Shown here: positions 30,531 through 39,488 of the stretch, in pieces | Position numbering within the stretch: position 1 is the stretch's first letter | Layout: every line of letters starts with the position of its first letter | Assembly: GCA_963793425.1 (NCBI GenBank) | Contig: CAWCAG010000005.1 | Location: forward strand, 1,632,001 to 1,696,000 | Source of the DNA: an uncultured cyanobacterium | GTDB lineage: Bacteria > Cyanobacteriota > Cyanobacteriia > Cyanobacteriales > CAWCAG01 | Length of the DNA: 64,000 nt | Direction: 5' to 3' | Translations under genes and position numbers: made by a program | Notes under the pieces: generated by a model | The model's input: the letters and a program-made list of their open reading frames with translations, nothing else | What the model was told of the DNA's origin: nothing | Databases searched by the model: none

Positions 30531-30668
30531 TTCTCCTGATTGATTTTTTTTTACATAGCAGCTTTTAATATTAAAGTCTTAACGATAAATCTTCAAATCC
30601 GCCAAGCTGAGATTAAAATTGTTGTCATGCTTCAGGGCTAATGTTAGATTTAAATTGCTAGACGGAAA

Positions 30669-31550
30669 ATGGCACATACACTAGAAAACATAGATAACAT
30701 CAAACGACAAGCTCATCAGGGGAGTGTTGCCGCAATTATCCAAATCTTGAATGAGCGTCTTGCTAATCGAGGAGTAAGGAGTAGAGCTGTTTTGGTAGAA
30801 GGAGTTTTGCAATTGCTTTGCGAAGCAGCACAACCAGAACAACTCGAACAAGCTTTACTAACTCAAGAGGTTAAGCAAATTTTAGAAGATATTGCCCCTC
30901 GCAATATTCATCGGGTTAACATCAATAGTCGTATCGTTAGGGAACAACAATTACTTTGGCTTGAAGAAATTAACCGTGATCGAGAAAAGCAATTACTTTG
31001 GTCAGAAGAAATTGCTTTATCTCGACCCAATTTTTTCCAAAGTCTCTTCCAGCAAGCTCAAGAATTTCAACTTCCTAGTCCCAAAAACCGCCATTCACCT
31101 CAACCAGATCGTTCTAATAAGCCAGCTAAACGCTCTTTCCGGCGTGGTTTATTAGGAGGTGTAGCCATAACTGCTTTGGTGTTTGCTGTTGGTACAATTG
31201 TAGCTAGTCGCCAGCTAGAGAAAATAACTAATCCTAATTGGAGTGCTTTACTCAAATCTCCCTCCCAGCCATCTCCCCAGACTGTTAGTTCCCCCCAGGT
31301 CAAAACCGAAGATCCTTTTGCTGAGGCAGTGAGATTGGCTGAAACGGCTTCGGCAGCCGGAAAAGATGCTCAAACTACGGCAGAATGGTCAGATATATCT
31401 CTTAAATGGCAGCAAGCATCCAACCTCATGGCAGCAGTACCTGTAGGTCACAATCGCTATGTTACTGCTCAAGATCGGATGATTCGCTATCGTCAAAATA
31501 GTGAAATTGCTCAACAGCAAGCAAAAACAGTGGCTAATAAAGTTGAATAG
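30669..31550 (+). CDS. Conserved cyanobacterial hypothetical membrane protein
   Basis: QAHQGSVAAIIQILN, one TM segment, DPFAEAVRLAE...WQQASNLM. Confidence 0.7.
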   Translation: MAHTLENIDNIKRQAHQGSVAAIIQILNERLANRGVRSRAVLVEGVLQLLCEAAQPEQLEQALLTQEVKQILEDIAPRNIHRVNINSRIVREQQLLWLEEINRDREKQLLWSEEIALSRPNFFQSLFQQAQEFQLPSPKNRHSPQPDRSNKPAKRSFRRGLLGGVAITALVFAVGTIVASRQLEKITNPNWSALLKSPSQPSPQTVSSPQVKTEDPFAEAVRLAETASAAGKDAQTTAEWSDISLKWQQASNLMAAVPVGHNRYVTAQDRMIRYRQNSEIAQQQAKTVANKVE

Positions 31551-31695
31551 CTTGAATGCTTTTGATAGCCAGAATCTACGAGGGGGTATCCTAAAACCAA
31601 CATAATTAGGGATTTCGCTAATTGTGTTGGCAGGAATTAAGATTGAGAAAGTTCTTTGATGATTTATTCAAAATCAGCATGGCTCCCCTAATTTA

Positions 31696-33683
31696 ATGCC
31701 TTCACAGGAGAAAGTTGCCAGTAAGATGAAGCAAAATCAGGAAGCTAGCGAGATCGGCATTGAGATTCTTGATACTATCGAAAATAGTCAAGACTCTCAA
31801 AGTATTCTGCTCAATCTTGCTAAGACTTTAGGCAAAAGTTTTCAAGCCAATAGTTGTTTAGCGATCGCTGGTACTAATGCTGATGCCAACATCCAGGTAG
31901 CTTTGTGGGAGGACGGGGTTTCTAGTATTCCGATACTTGCTCAAAAGGAGCTACTTTCCCAGCCATTTTTTCAGAAAATTTTGGCTCAAAAGGAACCTTT
32001 TACCGTTGCTGATTTAACTACTGACGAGCATTTCTCGGCTCTTCAGTTTCCTTGGACATCTCTCAGGCTCAAAGCTGTTTTGGCTATTACTACCTATTTC
32101 CAGAATAGTGCTAATGGCATAATTGTTCTGGGTAGTTTTCAACCCCAAAAGTTTGCCGAGCAACATCAAAATTTGCTCAAGAAAATTGCTAAATTTATCA
32201 CTGTTGCTATTTCTCAGTCTCAGCTTAAGCAGCAAGCGCACCTAAGTACCAAGTACCAAACTTTGGTCAAGGAAATGAGCAAAACTATCAGTAAGGCTTC
32301 TGAGCCAGAAGCGATGCTCAGTCATACCCTAGCTGAAGCTGCTCATACCTTGCAAGTGGATCGTGGCTGGCTTTTGATGCTTAAATATGCTAATCCCCTT
32401 TCCAAAACCGAAGCTAAAGCTAAAGTTATTTATCATTGGTCAGCAGATACTAACACTATTGAGTCTCCCAGTGGTCCGACAAGCATTACTAATTACTCTT
32501 TTTGGGTTACAGATTGTTTTTTATGTCAAGAGGCTTTAGAGAAAGCACCGCAGTTAGTGACTGTTGCCAACTCTAAGGATTTGCCTCAGCTTCAACAAGA
32601 AGAGCAACCAGCTTGCTTTTTTGATTTAAAAGCGTTGCCAGCCTTATTGCTAGCACCTTTAATGGGGCGTGCTAGCAACAATTCTACTCAAAGAGTAGTT
32701 TTAGGCTTTTTTGTTCTCCAACATCACCAACCCAAAGTTTGGCAGCCAGAAGAAATTGAGTTAGTTAAATGGGTAAGCACTCAAGCTAGTACCGCAGTAG
32801 TTCACGACCAAACTTTGCGTCAGGTACAATCTTTAGTAGAAGAGCGTACCCTCCAACTCAGAAGAAGTTTGGAGGTACAGGCAATGTTATACGATAAAAC
32901 CAGGCAGCAAGTAGAGCAACTTCGGCGTTTAAATCAGCTAAAAGATGAATTTGTGACGAATATGAGTCATGAGTTGAAGACTCCTTTAGCAAGTATGAAA
33001 ATTGCCATCAGAATGCTCAACCAACCCCAATTATCTTCTGAGCAACAAGGAAGATATTTGGGTATCTTAGAACAGGAGTGGAACCGAGAATACAATCTCA
33101 TTCAAGATTTTCTTACTCTTCAGGATGTAGAATCTAATCAATTTGTTATTTATCCCCAACAGTTTGAACTTCAACCGGTAATTGAGGAATTAGTTCAAGG
33201 TTTTGCTCAGAAATGGCAGCAGGTTAGAAATCTGAATTTGGAGCTTAACTATATTTCCCAAATATCCCCTGATACTTCTTGGGTGATGTATACAGATTTA
33301 TCTAGCTTCAAACGTATTTTCCAAGAACTCCTTACCAATGCCGGGAAATTTGCCCCGAAAAATAGTACGATTAGCTTCGGTATTCAACAAAAACTTCAAG
33401 GGGAAAAGCAAAAGACCACTTTTTCTCTTACTAATGCAGGCTCTGGTATTTCTCCTGAAGAACAAAGCTATATATTTGATCCTTTTCGTCGGGGTAAAGG
33501 GGCTACAGAGGGGCCGTACCCGGTACAGGTTTAGGTTTAGCTTTAGTTAAGTGTTTAGTACAGCATCTCAATGGCACAATAGATGTGTCTAGTTCTGTTG
33601 CTCAAGATAATTTTCCAGGAAAAAGTTCTTTCATTGTCACTCTACCTCAACTGAATAAGCAGCTAACTAATCTTGATGGATAG
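31696..33683 (+). CDS. GAF-GAF sensor histidine kinase; frameshift near 33511 (real or a sequencing error)
   Basis: H box MSHELKTPL, N box ELLTNAGK, F box IFDPFRRG. The G2 box AVPGTGLGLALVK lies in another frame from 33513 to the TAG at 33683. Confidence 0.85.
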
Positions 33684-33695
33684 CCCATCACTTTT

Positions 33696-35378
33696 ATGCT
33701 CACCACCACTGCATCAAAGCCATTACATTGGCAACGTACTCGTTATTCGACTTGGCAACGCCAGGTTGAAGTTTTTGGTGCAGCAAGTAAGTTTTCCTTT
33801 TTTTTGTTTTGGGATCGGCTTTTCGGACGTAACTCCCCTCAACAAAGGAATAAACGCGCCCATTGGTTGGTTAATAAACTGCTGAGTTTAGGGCCAACTT
33901 TTATTAAAATTGGTCAATCTCTTTCTACCCGCGCTGACCTTTTACCTTTGGAATATATTCAGGTATTAAGTAAGTTGCAAGACCGCGTTCCTCAGTTTGA
34001 TTCAGTAGATGCTATTAATGTGATTGAAACTGAATTAGGTAACTCTGTCCACACTTTGTATCAGGATTTTGACCGTTTCCCCATCGCTTCAGCTAGTTTA
34101 GGACAGGTACATAAAGCTAAATTACATACAGGGGAAGATGTTGTTGTTAAGGTACAACGTCCTGGTTTAAAAGAATTATTTAACCTCGATTTTGAAGTCC
34201 TTCGTAATTTAGTACGTTTTGCTAATCGTTATTTACCGGGAACAAGAAAGTACGATTTTGAAGCTATTTACCAAGAGTTTTTCCAGATTCTTTACCAAGA
34301 AATTGATTATGTTCACGAAGGGAAAAATGCTACTCGTTTTCGAGAGAACTTTCTTGATTATCCTCACATTTTAGTTCCAGAAGTTTATTGGCGCTACACT
34401 ACTAAAAAAGTTCTTACTTTAGAATATTTGCCAGGGATTAAAATTGATGATCGTCAAACTTTAGAATCTTGCCAGATTAACACTAAAGAGATTATTCAAT
34501 TAGGTATTTGTTGTTATCTCAAACAACTACTCCAAGATGGCTTTTTTCAGTCTGATCCTCACCCTGGTAATATGGCGGTTAACCAAGAAGGAAAGTTAAT
34601 CTTTTATGATTTTGGTACTATGGCAGAGGTTAAGCCCATTGCTAAAGAACAAATGGTGAAAACTTTTTTTGCGGTGTTGAAAAAGGATACAGAAGAGGTG
34701 GTTGATACTCTCACCTACATGGGCTTAATTGAACCAGTGCCGGATATGACTCCTGTTAAGCGTTTAATTGCTTTTATTTTGGAGAAGTTTACCGAAAAAC
34801 CGGTGGATATCCGAGAATTTGATGCTCTACGTAACGAAATATACTCTATGTTTGAGCAGCAACCTTTTCGCTTGCCAGGGCAAATGACTTTAATTGTTAA
34901 ATCCCTAACTACTTTAGATGGTATTGCTCGTCGCCTCGATCCTGAATATAATCTCGTTGCTGCTAGTCAGCCTTTTATTCGCAGCCTAACCATTTCTGGG
35001 GGTGTTAAGGGGAATCTGGTGGGAGAATTGGCTCGACAAGCTAAGGATTTTATTACTTACAAGCTTAAGCAGCCTAGCAAAACAGCGAGGATTTTAGAAA
35101 GCTTACAATCTCGCTTGGAAAGGGGAGAAATTGAACTTCGTGTTCGCTCCCAAGAAAGCGATCGCCTCTTACAACGCAACTATTTTGGTATTAAATGCCT
35201 AATTTATACTTGTATTTCTGGTTTTACTTTGGTAGCCGGGACAGTTTTGTTACTTGCTTCCTATAAAATTGCTGGGATCGCCTCTTTAATCTTTTCCGGA
35301 TTGTGGTTTGTTATTTTGCTACGTTCTTTAATTAAGTTGAATCTCACTGAAAGATTAGATCGTTTAGGCGATCGTTAA
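33696..35378 (+). CDS. ABC1/AarF/UbiB family atypical kinase
   Basis: LGPTFIKIGQ, PIASASLGQVH, VVVKVQRPG, FFQSDPHPGN, YDFG. Confidence 0.93.
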   Translation: MLTTTASKPLHWQRTRYSTWQRQVEVFGAASKFSFFLFWDRLFGRNSPQQRNKRAHWLVNKLLSLGPTFIKIGQSLSTRADLLPLEYIQVLSKLQDRVPQFDSVDAINVIETELGNSVHTLYQDFDRFPIASASLGQVHKAKLHTGEDVVVKVQRPGLKELFNLDFEVLRNLVRFANRYLPGTRKYDFEAIYQEFFQILYQEIDYVHEGKNATRFRENFLDYPHILVPEVYWRYTTKKVLTLEYLPGIKIDDRQTLESCQINTKEIIQLGICCYLKQLLQDGFFQSDPHPGNMAVNQEGKLIFYDFGTMAEVKPIAKEQMVKTFFAVLKKDTEEVVDTLTYMGLIEPVPDMTPVKRLIAFILEKFTEKPVDIREFDALRNEIYSMFEQQPFRLPGQMTLIVKSLTTLDGIARRLDPEYNLVAASQPFIRSLTISGGVKGNLVGELARQAKDFITYKLKQPSKTARILESLQSRLERGEIELRVRSQESDRLLQRNYFGIKCLIYTCISGFTLVAGTVLLLASYKIAGIASLIFSGLWFVILLRSLIKLNLTERLDRLGDR

Positions 35379-35405
35379 AATACAAATAATTTAGCTAGTT
35401 AATTT

Positions 35406-36233
35406 TTGATGGTAGACCAAAGCCAGCTAGGTTTGCTTAAAAGAAGTGTCAAGGAGTGGAATAAGTGGAGGTTCAACAATCCTAGACTTGAGTTGGAACT
35501 TAGTTATGCCAACCTTAATTACCTCAACCTAAGAAACTCTGACCTCAGTTATGCCAACCTTAGTTACGCCAACCTGAGAGGGGTAGACCTCGATCATGCT
35601 GACCTCATTGAAGCTAATCTCAGAAGTGCTAACCTCGGTAAAAGCAACCTGAGAAGTTCCGACCTTAGTTATGCTAACCTCGGTTATGCCAACCTTAGTT
35701 ACGCTAATTTGAGAAGTTCTAACCTAAGAAATTCTAGCCTGAGAGGAGCCGACCTCATAGAAACTGACTTGAGAGGAGCAGAGCTACAAGAAGCCAACCT
35801 CATCGAAGCTGACTTGAGAGGGGCTGACTTAAGAGGGGCTGACCTGATTGGAGCCGACCTGAGTAGCGTTCAAGCCCTCGGCACAAATTTCCAAAATGCC
35901 AATTTAACCGGGGCTTGTATTCAAGACTGGAATATTAACAGTGGAACCCAATTTGCTCAGGTGATTTGCAAGTGTATTTACTTGAAATATGAACACCGAA
36001 AAGCGGAAATACAGCAATTATTGGAGCAATTGGAGAAGTCTTACCCCACAGAAACTACAACAGGCAAGATGCAATTGGCTACTGAGGCGATCGCTAGGAT
36101 TGAAAATAATCCTAGTCTCAAAGCTAAAATTATTAGCAGTTTAAAAGCTGGTAGTATTGCCGCGTTTGAGCAGTTTCTTAACCATCCTGCTGCTAGTTTT
36201 GTTATTGCTGCGTTTGAAGAGTTTAAGCAATAA
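35406..36233 (+). CDS. Pentapeptide repeat protein, probably centrally deleted
   Basis: A(N/D)LxxA repeats and ANLTGACIQDWNIN, then an abrupt join to AEIQQLLEQLEKSYPT...LNHPAASFVIAA. Confidence 0.8.
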   Translation: MMVDQSQLGLLKRSVKEWNKWRFNNPRLELELSYANLNYLNLRNSDLSYANLSYANLRGVDLDHADLIEANLRSANLGKSNLRSSDLSYANLGYANLSYANLRSSNLRNSSLRGADLIETDLRGAELQEANLIEADLRGADLRGADLIGADLSSVQALGTNFQNANLTGACIQDWNINSGTQFAQVICKCIYLKYEHRKAEIQQLLEQLEKSYPTETTTGKMQLATEAIARIENNPSLKAKIISSLKAGSIAAFEQFLNHPAASFVIAAFEEFKQ

Positions 36234-36309
36234 GAGAACGATTGTCAGTAAACAGTAAACAGTTATCAGTAAACAGAGTTGCGATCGCACATTTTGCCAA
36301 ATTGAAAAT

Positions 36310-36645
36310 TTATCTTTCTTGCTCAAAAATTTCCATCAATTCATCTGGTGTCAAATCAAAAGTATCTAACCACCAAGCAGCTAAAGCCAGTAAATTCATA
36401 GCTGTTGGGCTAGGCTGGCGATAGGATTTTAGTTGAGGGTTTTGCATCCAATGTCTCACTGTTTCTTCGCTTACTCCTGCTAGCAAAGCTATAGTCGGAT
36501 AGTTGACTGGGGCATAACGAACAGAAAACTGTCTCGGTTCTAAGCTACCCCATAACCAATTTTGAAACTCGGTTGCCTCCGGAGTATCAGGTATCATTTT
36601 CTTGTCTTTTTTCGTATGTATCAAACTAGCTGTCGTTAGAGTCAT
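36310..36645 (-). CDS. Small HTH-like protein
   Basis: IALLAGVSEETVRHW..R.PS fits a helix-turn-helix pattern. Confidence 0.6.
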   Translation of the reverse strand: MTLTTASLIHTKKDKKMIPDTPEATEFQNWLWGSLEPRQFSVRYAPVNYPTIALLAGVSEETVRHWMQNPQLKSYRQPSPTAMNLLALAAWWLDTFDLTPDELMEIFEQER

Positions 36646-36709
36646 TTACTCATTACATCTCTAGTTTCTTAGAATATCAGATTATAGGTAGATTGGTAAC
36701 AAAGATTTT

Positions 36710-37012
36710 TTATTTATATTTTTCTTGCTCCAGTAATTCTTGAATTTCATGAAGTCTTACATTCACTTCTCTAAGGGTATCTTCCTTCTTGAGGGTGACT
36801 AAAACACTGTCAGGACGTTTAGAAAAATCAGGGCCCCATTTAGAAATTGTACTTGGTGCAAGTTTTGTAACCCTTGCCAATTCTTCAACGCAGGCTTTAA
36901 AATAACCCCATTCACCAGGCCTTATTTCTTTGATCCACTTAGCACAGAATTCGTGTGGTTCCATTTGGCTTTCTTTATCCACTTTAAGTAGTTTGGGAAT
37001 ATTTTCTAGCAA
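36710..37012 (-). CDS. Small HTH-like protein
   Basis: MEPHEFCAKWI...CVEELARVTKLAPSTISKWGPDF. Confidence 0.6.
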   Translation of the reverse strand: MLENIPKLLKVDKESQMEPHEFCAKWIKEIRPGEWGYFKACVEELARVTKLAPSTISKWGPDFSKRPDSVLVTLKKEDTLREVNVRLHEIQELLEQEKYK

Positions 37013-37390
37013 TCTCTGTGCAAGTTAGGAAGTCACCATTTTTGCTGCCAGTAAAATATTTAGGTACTTTGGAAATACTTTCTTCGTGTTATTTCAATGT
37101 TCGTATAGTAATGAGATAATTAGGATACCCTGAAGAAGAAATTTAGTTGGGTGGTGAGCGCATTTCATTTTCTTAACCATCCTGCTGCTAGTTTTGTTAT
37201 CGCTATCCTTGAGGAGTTTAAGCAATAATGGAGGATAAAAATTTCGGTATTGGTGATTTGAGTGAGGGTAAGATTGACAATTCTAAAATTGCTGGAGTGC
37301 TAAACGAAGCTCCTACAATAGTCTCAGGATTGCTTTTTAGTGACTTTTACTCTAAAATACTATGCCAGCATAGTTTATTTCTGTATTGTT

Positions 37391-37852
37391 ATGGAATACA
37401 TCACTACCTCCCAAGCAGCCAAAATGTTGAGAGTTACTCAAAGAAGAGTACTTTGCTTACTTCAACAACAACGCATCAAAGGAGCTTATAAAAAAGATTT
37501 TGCTTGGGCAATTCCTTTGTATTGCGGCAAACCCAAAGTTTCTCGTGGCACGAGAGGCCCTGCTCCTCGTTGGGCTAAACCTCGTTCCCGCGCTGTGAAG
37601 ATGATTCAGGTTAAGAGGCAGCAAATTAAGAGCAATTCCATCAACAATGAGTTTGAGGCGGTGATAAGTGTTAAGCAAAATGGTCACAAGACTAGGCAAG
37701 GCCACGAATTAAAGATTCAAGGCCCTTGTCACATGATTTACCATCGAGATCAAAAGAACTCTCAAGGAGCAAGGTTATGGATAGAAACCTATGCAGACGT
37801 GGAACTTACTGATAAGTCCAATAATGAGGAATGGCTCATTGTCAATTTTTAA
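37391..37852 (+). CDS. Excisionase-like HTH DNA-binding protein of a cyanobacterial family
   Basis: ITTSQAAKMLRVTQRRVLCLLQQQRIKGAYK..WAIP, RGTRGP, GARLWIET; likely start is the ATG at 37391. Confidence 0.7.
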   Translation: MEYITTSQAAKMLRVTQRRVLCLLQQQRIKGAYKKDFAWAIPLYCGKPKVSRGTRGPAPRWAKPRSRAVKMIQVKRQQIKSNSINNEFEAVISVKQNGHKTRQGHELKIQGPCHMIYHRDQKNSQGARLWIETYADVELTDKSNNEEWLIVNF

Positions 37853-38973
37853 CTCAACCAACCCCTCAACCGACGAGCAACTTGAGGACGACGTAACTTA
37901 CGCATAGCTTTGCTTTGGATTTGGCGTACCCTTTCCCTTGAAAGGTTAAACATACAGCCTACTTCCTCTAAAGTATGGGGCTGGCTGGTAGCTAAACCGT
38001 AGCGTAAAGCAATAACATCTTTCTCCCTTTCTGTTAAGACATCGCTCAAGACATCAGAAATTTCTTGGCGCATCATTGTCTCGCTCATTTGCTCTTCTGG
38101 CAGAGCCATATCATTATCTTCAAGCAAATCCACTAATTCGGTATCTTCTCCTTTGCCCACACGATGGTTAAGAGAAAGAGATTGGCGACGCAATTGCATT
38201 AATTGACGTAGCTGCGGCGGAGAGACTTCTAACTCTGCGGCTAATTCGTCTTCTGTGGGGTTGCGCTGCAAATTTTGCTTGAGATTACGTTGAGCTTTTT
38301 TAAGTTTGTTGAGTTTTTCGACAATATGAATCGGTAGACGTATTGTCCGAGCATCATTGGCGATAGTGCGGGTAATAGCTTGGCGAATCCACCAATAAGC
38401 ATAGGTAGAAAATTTGTACCCTTTATTAGCATCAAACTTTTCTGCGGCGCGATTTAAACCAATAGCTCCTTCTTGAATTAAATCCAGGAAAGGTACACCC
38501 CGATTTAAGTAACGTTTGGCGATGGAAACTACTAACCTTAAGTTGGAGCGAATCATTTTGCGTTTCGCAACTCGCCCTTGATATAACTGATATTCCAACT
38601 GACGCGGAGTTAAATCTAAAGCTTCAGCTATTTCTGCTTTGGTAGGAGTTCTTTGTAACTTTCCTTCTAGCTCAAATTTTTCTTCTTCTACGGTGACAAC
38701 GAACTTGACACGGTTAGAAAGCTGAACTTCTTCTTCTGGTTTTAGTAGGGGGTAGCGAGACATTTCTTTAAAAAATGCTCCTACAGTATCGTCAGAATCT
38801 GTTTTACTGTATCCTGAAAAACGTTTATTTCCTAATTCCGATCCTGGCTCAGAAAATTCTATCTCAACGGTTTTTAAGTCTAGTTCGATATTTCCACTGT
38901 CGGCTTCATAGGATGTATTTGTACTAACTTGAGAAGGGGAATTTTTATTAGGGTCGAGTTCAGCAATACTCAT
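37849..38973 (-). CDS. sigC: Group 2 RNA polymerase sigma factor, SigC-like
   Basis: DDTVGAFFKEMSRYPLL, SNLRLVVSIAKRY, FSTYAYWWIRQAITR, SRERVRQI. Confidence 0.85.
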   Translation of the reverse strand: MSIAELDPNKNSPSQVSTNTSYEADSGNIELDLKTVEIEFSEPGSELGNKRFSGYSKTDSDDTVGAFFKEMSRYPLLKPEEEVQLSNRVKFVVTVEEEKFELEGKLQRTPTKAEIAEALDLTPRQLEYQLYQGRVAKRKMIRSNLRLVVSIAKRYLNRGVPFLDLIQEGAIGLNRAAEKFDANKGYKFSTYAYWWIRQAITRTIANDARTIRLPIHIVEKLNKLKKAQRNLKQNLQRNPTEDELAAELEVSPPQLRQLMQLRRQSLSLNHRVGKGEDTELVDLLEDNDMALPEEQMSETMMRQEISDVLSDVLTEREKDVIALRYGLATSQPHTLEEVGCMFNLSRERVRQIQSKAMRKLRRPQVARRLRGWLS

Positions 38974-39488
38974 AACTTTGACTTTAATTAAAGAATAGGG
39001 GAGATTAATGTTTTGCTAAAAAAAATTAGGTTTATTAGTACTTAATCCGGCCGTATTTTCTATGGTACTCATGGAAGAGGTGGAGATTTTGTTACGTTGA
39101 CTACCAGAGTCCTTGATAGTAATTTGCCTAAGAAAATAGAAAAACCCAATTTTTAGACCAAGGAAGAAAATTGCCGTTCAGCTTAACTGACTAAATTTGG
39201 TTGATTATTGAACTACCTGAAAGCCGATTTCTTTCAAGGTTAAATTAACTACATAAATTCAGTCAGCTTTTTTGAAGAAAGAGACGAGAAATATTTTTGC
39301 TCTCATATTGATTGAGTGGCCAACATTAAAGTTCGGGCTTAAAAACAGCATCTCACAAATAATTGAATTTCCTCTCTATCAAGAGTGAGAAAAGTGCGGA
39401 TTTTTTTCTATTTAATCTAAGAGCAAGAAGTTCTAAGCTGGGTTAATCAAGTTAAAATAAAACTTAGTCTTGCTGCTTAATTTCTCTT

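Larger units (their letters stand above)
36174..37228. repeat. 60-bp direct repeats (36174-36233 and 37169-37228) flanking two HTH-like genes
   Basis: tttcttaaccatcctgctgctagttttgttat...gagtttaagcaataa is present twice. Confidence 0.85.

Noticed and set aside
38974..39488. ncRNA or riboswitch in the sigC-priA intergenic region (also 63110-63320 and 17680-18060)
   Set aside because: I could not recognise any conserved motif or convincing structure by eye; no tRNA or rRNA was seen in the window
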